Below the pieces are notes generated by a model. That model ran no database searches and was not told the origin of the DNA. It saw nothing but the letters and a program-made list of their open reading frames with translations. A DNA stretch of 64,000 bases from Schizochytrium sp. TIO01 (taxonomy: Eukaryota > Protista > Bigyra: Labyrinthulomycetes), in NCBI GenBank assembly GCA_004764695.1, contig SMSO01000034.1:1550001-1614000 (forward strand). The letters are read 5' to 3'. Below are positions 1 to 11,634 of the stretch, piece by piece; position 1 is the stretch's first letter, and each line of letters opens with the position of its first letter. A program made the translations under genes and the position numbers.

Positions 1-2390
1 TTCCGGAAGTTTGATAAGGTCTCTTGATACATGCTAGTCTTACCGTCAACGAGCATTCGGGTAAGAAGATGGTAGGTAGGTATGTAGGTACTATACGCTG
101 ATGAGTTTCTTCTTTTGCTTACTTGCTTCGTTTAAATGGGAGATTTTGTTTATCGAGCCAGAAAGTGAAAGGAACGACACGGAGCTTTGGGTGACAAGAC
201 TGCTCTGCCTCCGAGTGTTCGTTACAATATCGTGAAAATTTGTGTGTTTAAAGTGCTTCCTTAAAACCCAAACACTGCATGTGAAAATTGAAAAATATAT
301 TCTGTTTAGGGCTAACTCAACAAACTCGGCATGTCAAGCAAAAACACTGCAGGGAAAGATTCCTTCCAGGGGCCCTCAATCCTGAAAGTGATTGCTCGAA
401 CGGGATGACCGTGGGCAGCTGATGCAGCTGTCATGGGAGAAGAACCCCCGACGTTTATGCTCCATACTTATAAGTTTTCGCGAACCTAACAACATCAGCG
501 AGTTAGCATAACAAAAAATTAAATTACAACTTTTTCTTAACACTCTATATCCTTTGACTCCGTTTTGATGAGCTATACGACTAGCACAGTCAAGACAATA
601 AAAAATAGTTCTCTCTGTTCGAGTTCACCCTCGCAGTTCCTGGTTAGGTAATTCTTTAGGGGCCGCACATCCCTGACTTTCTTGTTCCGCTGTAGGCAAC
701 ATGCAGCAACTGACTCAATGTGTGTTCTCATCCTTACCCCCACTTCTCAACGTATTCCGAATGTTCAAACCGCTGCGCCGATTCATCGTCCAACTTCCGA
801 AAAGGAAACAGGATCTATATGGCAGAAAATACAGATTGCAAAAGCGAAGAGGCTTTACTATGTACAGGGTTGTCCTTTCTTCATTTCATCCTCGTACTTG
901 AAATTGGAGTTATAGCCCATTCGTCCCTATGAAAAGAAAGTAAACCTCCCAGGACTTAGGAAAAGAATATCGAGTATCAAGTCAAGAACCCCTCCCCAAA
1001 AACACGGTTGGCAAGCAACCCTAGCATCTTACTCAAAAGTGCATGTCAGTCCAAGAAGCCGCTTACATGCGCTTTCATGAGGCTGAATGAAGCATCTGTG
1101 TAAGGCGACAGCTCAGGCCTGTTGACAAGATATCCGTTACGATTAAGTTTGAGTGCACGAAACTCACTCATTGGAAGAACGGTATAGAAAAGTATAAAGT
1201 ACATCGACCATGCTTTCAACGCAAGTCCCGGGAATAGTATTTAGCTGGGTTTTGCTTGATGCTTGCTTATCAAGCTTCGAGGCATCAAGATCGATTGATA
1301 CTGTCTCAGACTGACTCAAGCAGCTTTTTGAGGCTCAAACAAAGCAAAAATCGATCCGTGTTTTTTTTTTTTGCCATGGAACAAAGTTCTTGCAAGTCTG
1401 TGCTGTGACAAGCCTGGTGTCGTAATCTAATCCGTTGACGCTAATGTGGGGACTGAATCGCTACCAACAATGTCGAGGGCTTGATCTCGTCACAACGTCA
1501 AACGAAGTCTGAAGGGGAAAAAAACTATAACATCAGAGGAAAAGAAAGAATGCAACACATCGTTTAATCTTAAAAGAAATTAATCATTCGAGCAAGCAAA
1601 GTAGCCAGCGAGCAAGCAACTGGAGAGACCTCTATACTTTCCCAAGTAAGCTGAGACTAGAGTCGAGGATTGCTCCGGGTATACTGAAAAGGGAAATGTC
1701 AAATTCCCCTGTCTTGAAGTATCGCGTCATCGCAGGAACCTGCAATGACACAGAAAAGAGCTATCAACCTAGAAGCTACTCAGAGCAGAAGTGCTAAACC
1801 ACCAAAAAAAAGAGGGAAAAACACAAGAGTCAGAGAGAAGGAAAATAAGATGTAACAATAAAATTATTTTCATTTTCTGTATTAAAAAAAATAAAAATGA
1901 AATGGTAGAAATAACACGGAAACTACAGTGTGTACCTCCTCATGTGTGCTATCGTCGTCTGTGACCAAGTGTGCGAATATTGATTGATTTGCTTTCTTTC
2001 ACAAGATCTCTTAAGTTTTACAGAGCTGTGAATGAAAGGCCTGGTCCGCCAAGCCTCGCACGGGTCATATCTCTACGCCAGCCTCCTAAGTTCACCAACT
2101 TCCACGGCCGCGGAGACTCTTCTTTGGAGGCTTGGCGAGTTGCTTATCGCAATGGTGCGCCTCGAGGTTCAGGCCTCCAATTGCGAGGCTCTGCGCACTT
2201 GGCGTTCGAACTTCATGGAGGTCACCCACGGCACATGGAATTATAGAAGCATGGCCGACAACGATGGAGATATTGCCACTAACGTTCCCAAAACAGGACA
2301 GAGGCCCGGACAAAGATGGTTCGGAGGCGCCGCCTTGGAATCATAAGGCGAGACGGACATGCTGTGCTAAAGCTAAGTCTTACGTTGGGT

Positions 2391-2427
2391 GCGATGCGAT
2401 GCGATGCGATGCGATGCGATGCGATGC
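2391..2427. repeat. (GCGAT)n pentanucleotide microsatellite, 7 full copies
   Basis: Direct reading; it produces the CDAMR / ASHRI artefact ORFs in the track. Confidence 0.95.
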
Positions 2428-2885
2428 AAGTCCTGACATTGCTCAAATGCTCGGAGTATAACTTGGGCAGCACGAAGAGTGCCGTGGATTTGAGTTGGAC
2501 ATGAAACTGTCGTACGGATCAAATAGTTGTCGTTCACCTTGCAGAAGCAGACTGCACGGTCTTGCCAAAGGTGCTAGAGGATGGATGGAAGAGGCAGAGA
2601 GGCTCAAGGCAATGCATACTTTCCAACGCTCTGCAATTCACGCTGACTTTTGTAAGTGACACACTCTGCTGATTACACCCGATACTGACTCTGTACATGG
2701 TGTTCTTCGCATCAAAATGCACTGAGCTAGTTTGGCACACTGCTGAGTCCTGACGCTGACGGCTGGGACATGCAACACTCGATGGCGTATTGACTAACGC
2801 CGGGAGCCAGCTCACTTCAATCCCTGCGCTTGAGATTGCGCCGCCAAACCCCAATCTCAGGGACCATTGACTTTAAAGGGCAAGC

Positions 2886-5291
2886 ATGGGCAACGTCCAG
2901 ACTGCTGATGATGAAAAACCCTCTTGTTCGCAACAGCAAGAGGTATTGAGAGATTATGAAGGGGCAGCAAATAAAAATGGCACCCCACATGAGACGCTCG
3001 AAAATTCTTTCCAAGGCGATGAAGGTCCGTTTGTAGATGAGCTGCATTGCCGAGGAACTGATAATGACGCAGGTTTAGCTGACTCATCAAGTGCGGCATC
3101 CTCCTCGTCATCGTCGTCTTCTTATTCCTCCACTGCGAGCATAGGAACCTCAGTTACTATGACGACATCAGCGGGGGTGACCTTGACAAAATCAAGCGAA
3201 GAGGAAAGCATACTTGGGGTTAAGCCGAAGCAAATGAAGACTATGAGCCACGAATTTATGAAGCTGTCTCACATCTCCGAGTCACCAGAGCAATGTGAGG
3301 TAACATCATTGTCTGAAGAAGGCGAGCTAGTTTCTGGCAAAAACCATGCCAAATTCGAAGAAAAAGAGGGAAATATCAAAAAGCCCATCTCGAAAAGGCA
3401 TGTTTGCAAAGAAGATATAAAGGATGTACTAGAGGACCTCAGAACAGTCCACAAATATATAGAGAGTGCCTATGGGCGATTGGCGAGTATTATTCCTGAA
3501 GCGATTGATCGAGCTACTCATCTATCAGGATGTTTTAGTAGGCGCAAACATCAGCAGAGCCGAGCACGTAAGCTCCACGAAGAGATGCAAAGTGTTCGGA
3601 AAGAAATGGAGATGTTTTTGTCTTGTATAGTCAAGCTGGAAGACTGGCTTGAAACAGATGAAAATGTTTCTTATTATTTAGAAGTAGTCTTGACATTGCA
3701 GTACATGGGCGTAGTGCTAAGTATTTCGGACGATAAGTTTACAAGTCTTGGACGCATCAAGTGCAAATATTATAAAGCAGAATATGACGGAATTACGTTG
3801 GAAAAACTCACTGATTCATTCAGTAATCGCTATATCACCTGGCATACGCACGGTGATTTGAAGCTGTTCCTATCTCAGATTAGAGGTTTGAATGAAGTCA
3901 TGCAGATGTTTATCCATAAGGCATGCTGTGAGCCCGACAATTATATTATGAGAATCGTCTCCGGAGAGATCGACTTAGAAAAAGAAGATCATATTGAAGT
4001 CGTTTCTGGCCTTTATGATGAAGACAGCGCAGCACGAAACCTCACCAAGTTTTTCAACGCGCTAATGATCGCTAATGCTTCCGTCTATGAGATGTATTTC
4101 GAAGAGGACCAAGCTGCACGGTGTGCTGGGTTCATGCGTGGCTTGACATACTTTGGCATACTCAAGCACAAGCGTGGTAAGCACCGGGGCCAAGTTACCT
4201 TCACAAGTTTAGGATCTGATATTCAAGAACAACTAAAATTTATCCAGTATGTGTGGAACCTGCCGGATAAAAAGGCCGTAAGCGACCTTTGGAGGATTGG
4301 TCTTCCTCCAATTAAGCATAGTTTCTCGTTTAAAATCGAAGGGCACGTGAATGCTCGATTCATTTCAGATGAAAGTACTAAAGTTCTCCCTAACGAGTTT
4401 GATAAACCCAATGCACTAGAGAAAGCCAAGCCACAGCGAGCTATTATCCTACACTTTCATGGAGGTGGGTTTATTTCAAGCAGTGCGACAGCACACGAGA
4501 CTTACACGCGAAGCTGGGCAAAACATTGCAAGTCTCCTATGATTTCTGTCGATTATAGTTTGTCCCCTGAAGCGAAATTTCCGACCGCACTAGATGAGGC
4601 TTTCACAGCCTACAGGTGGTGTCGAGAAGTCGCATGTAAGATGTACAAGACTGACCGGGTAGTGGTAACCGGCGACTCCGCGGGTGGTACTTTGAGTACC
4701 GCACTCATTGTTAAATGCATCATGGAAGATTATCCTATCCCAGATGGAGCTTTGCTGTCATATCCTGCCGTGGACATCCGACGTTCCTTTTTTCCGTCCC
4801 TCCTTTGGAGCCTCAATGATCGGCTTCTACCGTACACTTTCCTGCTTTCATGCCTTTCTGCGTATTTGGGAACTCAGGATCCAGAAGAAATGCTACGTAT
4901 CTGCGATAATCCACAGGCTTCCCCAAACGTTGCGTCTGATGAAATTTTATCCAAATTTCCACCTACATATTTGATCGCAGCTGCAAGCGATCCTCTTTTT
5001 GACAGGACAGTTGAATTTGCTCACCGTCTTTCAATAGTCCTTCCCAAGGGGAATACAAAACTCTACGTTGTGCCTCGCATGGCACATGGTTTCCTCTGTT
5101 TTAATATTCCAAGCATTGGTATTCCTGAGGTAGGCAGCCTCATCGAGCTTTGTTCTGACTTGCTAGAAAATCTTGTGGAGGGGGACTTCGAACCAAATTC
5201 TGCGCAGCAAAATAAAACTCTAAATTGTAGATCTTCACCCGCATCGTCATCTTCTGGATCGTCCACATCCGGGAGTCAAATTCAAGAATAA
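2886..5291 (+). CDS. Hormone-sensitive lipase family alpha/beta hydrolase, 801 aa
   Basis: HFHGGGF oxyanion motif, SVDYSLSPEAKFP, GDSAGG nucleophile elbow, DPLFD acid and HGF histidine. Ser-rich N-terminus starting MGNVQT. Confidence 0.92.
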   Translation: MGNVQTADDEKPSCSQQQEVLRDYEGAANKNGTPHETLENSFQGDEGPFVDELHCRGTDNDAGLADSSSAASSSSSSSSYSSTASIGTSVTMTTSAGVTLTKSSEEESILGVKPKQMKTMSHEFMKLSHISESPEQCEVTSLSEEGELVSGKNHAKFEEKEGNIKKPISKRHVCKEDIKDVLEDLRTVHKYIESAYGRLASIIPEAIDRATHLSGCFSRRKHQQSRARKLHEEMQSVRKEMEMFLSCIVKLEDWLETDENVSYYLEVVLTLQYMGVVLSISDDKFTSLGRIKCKYYKAEYDGITLEKLTDSFSNRYITWHTHGDLKLFLSQIRGLNEVMQMFIHKACCEPDNYIMRIVSGEIDLEKEDHIEVVSGLYDEDSAARNLTKFFNALMIANASVYEMYFEEDQAARCAGFMRGLTYFGILKHKRGKHRGQVTFTSLGSDIQEQLKFIQYVWNLPDKKAVSDLWRIGLPPIKHSFSFKIEGHVNARFISDESTKVLPNEFDKPNALEKAKPQRAIILHFHGGGFISSSATAHETYTRSWAKHCKSPMISVDYSLSPEAKFPTALDEAFTAYRWCREVACKMYKTDRVVVTGDSAGGTLSTALIVKCIMEDYPIPDGALLSYPAVDIRRSFFPSLLWSLNDRLLPYTFLLSCLSAYLGTQDPEEMLRICDNPQASPNVASDEILSKFPPTYLIAAASDPLFDRTVEFAHRLSIVLPKGNTKLYVVPRMAHGFLCFNIPSIGIPEVGSLIELCSDLLENLVEGDFEPNSAQQNKTLNCRSSPASSSSGSSTSGSQIQE

Positions 5292-5495
5292 CCAACAACC
5301 AAATCAAACAGTAACCAATAACTCAACTGTTGCAGGACATTTAACAAAGTCAAGGTTTTTCTGCCCATTCAAGAGTTATTCGATCATCAGCGCAAATTTG
5401 CTATCAGCTTGTTGGAAGGGAAAACATAATATTATTTCTAAGCTAATAAAGTGAAATTGCTGAAGTGGTTCAAACAATAAGACATAGTTCTATTT

Positions 5496-7160
5496 CTAAA
5501 CAAGAAAATCTTTACGAATGGCTTCAATCTCTTCACGAGCACGATCGTGTTCTAGCTCAAGCCTTTCGAGTTCGGAAAGCACTTTGCCTGAAACTTTGTC
5601 CTTATACCTTGATCTGTTCTGTGGAGAAAAGGTGTCGCCCTCAGAATCTGACTCTCCACGCGCAGTTTTCGTGGCACGTACCCTGGGTTTGGGTACGCTT
5701 TTTGCAAACTCAAGAGCACGGTGTCGTGCAGACTGGGCTTTTCGTTTCTCTCGCAAAGCTTGCTCACGAACATCCGGTGCTTGTTTATGGTATACGCGCC
5801 GCGTTTGGTTGGCTAGTTCATCTTCCTCCTGGTTGTTTGCACCTGGAGATTGCTTTATTGCATAGCTCGAAGCTAACGCTGGGGTAATTTGCTTCAATAC
5901 AGGGTTATTATTGAGATTTCGAAGTTTCGAACTATAGGACTTCATGCGCTCCATTTTTTCACGTTTCTTGGCCATTTCCTCTGTATTCAAATCCACCTGG
6001 AGCTTACCCAGCTCGTAGTACCCGTCTGGTTTATTCTTCAGATACTCTTTTGTTGTGCAAGGCTTGTAAGACACGTTTCTATGTTTGCGACTGAAGAATA
6101 GCTGGTCCTTTTCGTTCTTTATCAGGCGCTCATTGGCTTCGTCTTTTGTAGGTCGTTCCTTAGCTTCTTCTTTTTCCTCAGCAAATACATCTGGATCTCG
6201 CCTTCGCTGCCGCTCGTTTCCTCGTTGGCTTTGTTTGTTGGGGGAGTCGTAGGCGGCTCCTTGAGGTTTATGAGCGACAAGTCGTGGACTTACTGATGGA
6301 GGATTCGGCTGAGCATCAACCTGGTGAGGTGAACACCTGTAGGCATGTGTGGTGTCAGAGAAGCCAGGAGAGCTCATTTTCATGTGAGAATATCCATAGA
6401 GCTGTCCACCTAGCTGTCTAGGAATATTGATTTGTGACTGTGTCACCTCTGATGGAAAGGGTTTAGTTGCGGACGACGTTGGTGCCGAATAGTGGCCGGC
6501 TTTTAATCCTGAGGATTGTTGGTCATAGGAAGATGCTACAATATCTTGTAAATCAGCCAGGCTCGGTCTCATTGCGGGTTCCAATGAATCTGCATGAGTT
6601 TTGAATTTATCCTCCGATATCCCATAGCTTCCGGATCTTTGTTTTGCACTATTAGTTGAATAGCTTGTAAAAGTAGAGACAGACGGAGAATTTACCTGCA
6701 CAACAGGTCGCTGGGGCCCAACTTGCACTGAAGAAATTTGCCCGTGGTTTTGAGGAAGAGGCTGCATTTTAGTATGCCCGCTAGTCCCAAGGCTAGAGAA
6801 GCTTCCATTCCCCGACTGTACAGGTGGAAATATCGTGCCGTGACTTTGTTGTAGACTTTGTGTGTTTGGGACACCTCCAGTATTACCAGCTGTCTGCAAT
6901 GAAATGACACTCGTTCTTGCTGCAAACCCTGCATTGCCAAAGTCTTTGCGTAGATTTTCAGGGTTCTGGGCGCTTTGTTGTCTCTCTCTCTGCTGCTGCT
7001 TTAAGGCTTCACGAGATAGTGGTGCACCTCCCTGTCGTTCTCTTGATGCTGGTGCGTGAAGCCTCACATACGAACCGTCCCCTGATGTTTTAAGAATACG
7101 TTGCCCGAATTTCGACTGGAAGCTACCCCCTGCTGTCGGTCCATTACGTGACCTCTTCAT
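5496..7160 (-). CDS. JHY-like (C11orf63-type) ciliary protein, 554 aa
   Basis: Low-complexity N-terminus. C-terminal blocks YKPCTTKEY..ELGKL, SARHRALEFAKSVPKP and LERLELEHDRAREEIEAIRK resemble the JHY C-terminal domain as I recall it. Confidence 0.65.
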   Translation of the reverse strand: MKRSRNGPTAGGSFQSKFGQRILKTSGDGSYVRLHAPASRERQGGAPLSREALKQQQRERQQSAQNPENLRKDFGNAGFAARTSVISLQTAGNTGGVPNTQSLQQSHGTIFPPVQSGNGSFSSLGTSGHTKMQPLPQNHGQISSVQVGPQRPVVQVNSPSVSTFTSYSTNSAKQRSGSYGISEDKFKTHADSLEPAMRPSLADLQDIVASSYDQQSSGLKAGHYSAPTSSATKPFPSEVTQSQINIPRQLGGQLYGYSHMKMSSPGFSDTTHAYRCSPHQVDAQPNPPSVSPRLVAHKPQGAAYDSPNKQSQRGNERQRRRDPDVFAEEKEEAKERPTKDEANERLIKNEKDQLFFSRKHRNVSYKPCTTKEYLKNKPDGYYELGKLQVDLNTEEMAKKREKMERMKSYSSKLRNLNNNPVLKQITPALASSYAIKQSPGANNQEEDELANQTRRVYHKQAPDVREQALREKRKAQSARHRALEFAKSVPKPRVRATKTARGESDSEGDTFSPQNRSRYKDKVSGKVLSELERLELEHDRAREEIEAIRKDFLV

Positions 7161-7598
7161 ATTTTAAGTTTGCCCAGGACCGGCATCCGAAGAGCGTGTG
7201 TTCAACTTGTCTGCGATTAATTTGTCAATCTGTTTCTATGCACGTTCTGCCCAAAACTTTTATGTTGCCAGTCAATGACTTTTCCCTTACTTGTGATTAT
7301 TACAAAGCAAAGTTTTAATCAATACTAAGACGGAGTTCTTTCCCATGCCCCACTTCAAGCTTAGATCTATCAAAAATAAGCCTTAAGTCTTATGAAAGTA
7401 TATCCGTAAAGCCCAAATTTGGAGAGCCGTTGATCATTTTATACAGCGATACTCTTGGTCCGTTATTTAAAATAATAGAAGTACATATTTAAAAGACTTG
7501 GGTACGAGGAGTGCTCTAAAGAAATAATAGAAACGTCAAACACGATCAATCTCGCATCGTGGGGTTCGTACAATCTACGCACGAAGATTCTGATCAAG

Positions 7599-7832
7599 AT
7601 GGACGCTCGCGAGCTTGAAGCACTGAGAACATCTTCGGCTGCAGTTGCTGCCCAACTAGAGTCTGCACGGGACACGTTTGCAGAAATGACAAGGATTGCA
7701 CAGGCATCGGCAGCGGTTATGCAACGCTGGAAAGAGGCCCTTGGTGCAAGTGTAGAGTCAGAATCAGACGCTCAGAACGCGCGAATCGAGGGCGCTGTTG
7801 AAACGAGTGCAGAAATCGCGCAAGCCCTATAA
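7599..7832 (+). CDS. Small helical protein, probable DASH/Dam1 complex subunit Dad2, 77 aa
   Basis: ELEALRTSSAAVAAQLES...AQASAAVMQRWKEAL matches the Dad2 pattern (L..L...S..LA.Q.E......L.....AVA.VL..W..V). Good start context AAGATG. Confidence 0.55.
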   Translation: MDARELEALRTSSAAVAAQLESARDTFAEMTRIAQASAAVMQRWKEALGASVESESDAQNARIEGAVETSAEIAQAL

Positions 7833-8223
7833 GCTGTCTACTGCGAGCTCATTTTTTTTTTGTAGATGCAGAGTTCTCGCCAACCTAGTTTCAATTATGC
7901 TGACAAACTACGTGTAAATATTAGAGGAACGGTCTCGCTGCCTAAATTTTGATCACATATGCGCAAGGCTATGGAATGCTAAGTCATCAAACGATGCTGC
8001 ATGTTACTGTGCAATAGAGGTGGTGTATTAGGAAGCAAGCAGAATTCTTCACAAGAAAAGTCTAAGGCATTGCCCGTGATGTTTCACTTTTGTTATTATC
8101 TGGCAAACCTGCCAAAAGCTGATGGTCGCCTTAAATTCGAATCATAAAAGAGAAAACATAACTTGACAAATCAACTTTTTCTATTCTAGTTCAAGATCGT
8201 TTATTTGCTGATAATTACTCGGC

Positions 8224-10094
8224 TTACCCACTGTATTCGACACATCGAGATAATGGGATGCCGAGGTTGTCAACAAGTGCAGTCTTGAGCGCTGCCATGA
8301 ACCCAGGAGGCCCGCTCCAACCGTATACAGAGTCAGGTCTGCCACTGACCTGGACAATATCCTGAAGAAAGTTTACATTGTCAACACGGGTACCAATAAT
8401 GTACTCAGTAAAATCCTCATTGGCAGGACTTTCAGAAGCATCTGTAAGAAGGTGAATCACACGAACCTTTGTCGGAAGTTTTGCTTCAGCTGCAAGAGTA
8501 TGCAATGCATCCTTGCCAAGTATGTGGGGAGGAGACTTATTGGCGCAAATGATGGTCACCTGTAGCCCAGCGTTTGCATCTATAGCATTTTGCACAATCT
8601 GCAACATTGGTGTCACACCACTCCCACCAGCAAACAGAAAAACATTTTTAAGGCCTTGGAGAGATGGGAAGGCTTTGTTTAGGGTCGACTCTGAGGCCTT
8701 CACGGTCCCCGGACGAGCAAATACCTTATCCCCAATATTCAGTGAAGCTAGACGCGGGCTCACTTCACCTTTCTCATATACCCGAATCTCGAGATGCACA
8801 AGATGGTTTGAACTAGCCTCTAAACTACGCTTCGCGGAGCGCGCCGGTGTATAGGGTCGATGAACCAGTTCAGACCCTAGAACATTTCCACTCATGACAC
8901 CAATGTCCAAGTGGCGTGTATCAAAAAGGTCCTCCACATCTACAATAGTACCATCCCCAAAATCATTCGTAATGCTGTACAATCGTCGCAAGACTTCTTG
9001 GGCACCATCAAATGTTGTTGCATCTAGTTTTAGAGAGAGGCTGGAGTCGCTGTGTTGTTGCTTTACAGCCACAACAAGTTGTGTCCACTCTACATCATCG
9101 GCACCCATCTCTGCAGCAACAGTACCACCAGCTGCAGCACCTTCCAAAGAGTCAATGTCATCGTGTTCCGTTGTTGTCAGCGATGCAAGCGAGGTGGATA
9201 CATCAGATCGTCCCATATAAGGCGGCATTGCGCCGGGCATACTTCCTTGGGGGGGGGGTGCGAGGCCTGGCATGGTACCCTGGGGAGGAGGCATAGATGA
9301 TGAGTTGCCACGTAACACATGGCCACTTCTTTGTGGGAGTCCGAAGCTTCGCTTTGAATGAACAGGTTTATTGCTAGCTTGTGAAGACCCTCCACAGGTT
9401 GACATACCTCCATAGCTGTCACTATCCCATTTGCCATCCAGATTGAGGGTTACGTAGATTCCATCGGCACGTTCCTCAACTTTGTGAACGCGCTGCGCAT
9501 TTTCTTTTTTCTTCCAACCTCCAGGCACCATTTTTTTATCAGCTGTCATGATGAGTGGCTGATAGAATTTTGAGCCATCCTCCAAGGAGACCTGATACAA
9601 ATGCCATGGGCAAACCAGGCAGGATTCCCCATTGACATCTTCGATATCGCCATTACCAAGCGGGCCTCCTGCATGGTAGCAGGTACTATCCATGCAGTAC
9701 AGCTTGCCACGGTGCCTGAGCACGCTCACATATCTTCCTCGAATTTGCTATAAAGATTAAAAAGTATAGATTTTACCACACATTTGAATCATTGGGAGCC
9801 CCAGGACCAAAGTTCGTCCATAGATGTAGAAATAATTCCCAGGTGTCATATGGACCATGGATATCACAATTGCCCAAAGTATATATTACATTTCTAGAAT
9901 CTTTGCGTGAGTCATCCAGTTTATACTTTGTCGCACTACACTTGTACATACCTTGCATTTCTCAGCGACCTGTGAGTTTGCTATATTGCTCAAACGAAAC
10001 TTACCGTGTGGACTCGGGCTCCGTTCGAAGCGAGTTTGCTCACATCACAGACGCGATGCGGCGTTGAAGTGGATGCGGACGCCGAAGAAGACAT
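8224..10094 (-). CDS. Rieske [2Fe-2S] domain fused to a cytochrome b5 reductase-like FAD/NAD(P)H domain; exons 10094-10005 and 9747-8224, about 537 aa
   Basis: Exon 1 MSSSAS...ARVHT ends at a GTAAGT donor. Acceptor TTTATAG joins in frame to QIRGRYVSVLRH. Rieske ligands CYH...CPWH; reductase motifs RPYTP, GEVSPRL, AGGSGVTP, SGPPGFM. Confidence 0.88.
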
Positions 10095-11634
10095 CGTCGC
10101 CCAAGCAGAAGAGTGCTTCTAGCTCTCCCCGAGCTTACTCCAGACTTAAAGCTCTGAAAACAAGCACTGTACAGCGCTCGCAATGGGCTTTCGGCGTTTG
10201 AGAAGTGCTGCTGTGCAAATCTCGATTATCCGCCCTTCTCTCAGCCTTAGAGAAAATGTTATTAGATGGACCTACTGCTCATCCTCATAGGCCCCAATTA
10301 GAAAGAGTATAGTCATGCTAATTTCAAGTCGCAGAATGTATCGAATTGTTAAAGGATCAAATTATGAGTACATTTTGACTGTGCGGTCGAGATTTTCTAA
10401 GACTGAAGTAAAGTAACTTCAAACGAGCTTGCAGGTCTATGCACTCGTTGAGCTGGCAACTTTATTTTAAAGGTATCATCCCGATTTCATTCTTTCAGTG
10501 TCAGCACTTAGAAAATAAACGAGGACAGTGCCACGGTATTGATAATTTATTTTTAGGACGCAAACTCGAGAATTACATGATCTAATCTAGCTTGAGGCAG
10601 CAATTGCAACAATCTAAAACCAAATCAAGTGTTACCTCGCGAAAGAGATGTGCATGCCATTTCTGCATGCCATTTCTTTAATCTGAGGCTAAGGAGAACT
10701 AGACTATTCTCGACTAACCATAATATCCTAGCTTATGGGTAAACTACAGATTCTGATCCCTTAATATCCTCAAATATACGCATATCAACGGCCCGGCCGC
10801 TTACAGAGGGGTTCCCTCAGTGCGGTTCCTCTCTATCTCCACTATCTGCACTATTTTTCTTTCCCTCACATATTAAACTTTCTAATCCCCACCGTAAGGG
10901 TGTACTTGAGAGGGTAATAATTCAAATCCAAAAGAACCCCTCAAATTTGGTGACTTTACCTCACTGGGCATAGGGGTATTCAAAGAGTGGAAGAAATCCT
11001 AGTGGACACATAACCAAACTCCACTGGTAAGGAACCGTTAAGGCCCGTTGAGAGGGGGGGCATTGCAGAAGTATACGTCGATCCCAGGCCGAGTCCAAAT
11101 CTGCGAGACAGTACCCAGTAAGCAAGCTGGCCGATCTCTTGCACTCGCTCGGCCCCCACGGTCCCATCCCGGCGCCCTCGCAGCCTGCACCACAGAGGAT
11201 CCCGCCCCGTTTGTGGAGCTCTCGACTAGCTCAAGTCTGCGTAGCTGGAGGTACGGTCTGCTCTTTTCGAGCTCGTAATCGAACAAGCGATCATTGGCGA
11301 TTCTCGTAGTTACTATCCGAGTTCAACTTTTCCCTTAGTTTTCCGAGTTCTTGTCGATTGAGAGTGGATTGATTGGCATTCTCGGCACCGTCGCTGGGGG
11401 TCAAGTTGTATCGGTGGAGTGAAGGCTAGACATAACTTTTCTTCACTACTGGACCTGGCTGTCTTGATTTTGCAGTGAGAAGTCGGCTCGATAGGATTAT
11501 CAGGAAGAAGTGGTTGAGTCTGTTTCCCAAGCCTACAAACCTTCACAATCCTATATCTTTCGGAGCAGCTTGGACTCCGGCGAAAACCTCAAACACCTTC
11601 AAGCATCCCGTCATTTCTAAGTCTCTTTGCCAAG

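Noticed and set aside
1-2850. Short ORFs at the left end
   Set aside because: No recognisable motifs or consistent exon structure; a gene start running off the left edge cannot be excluded.
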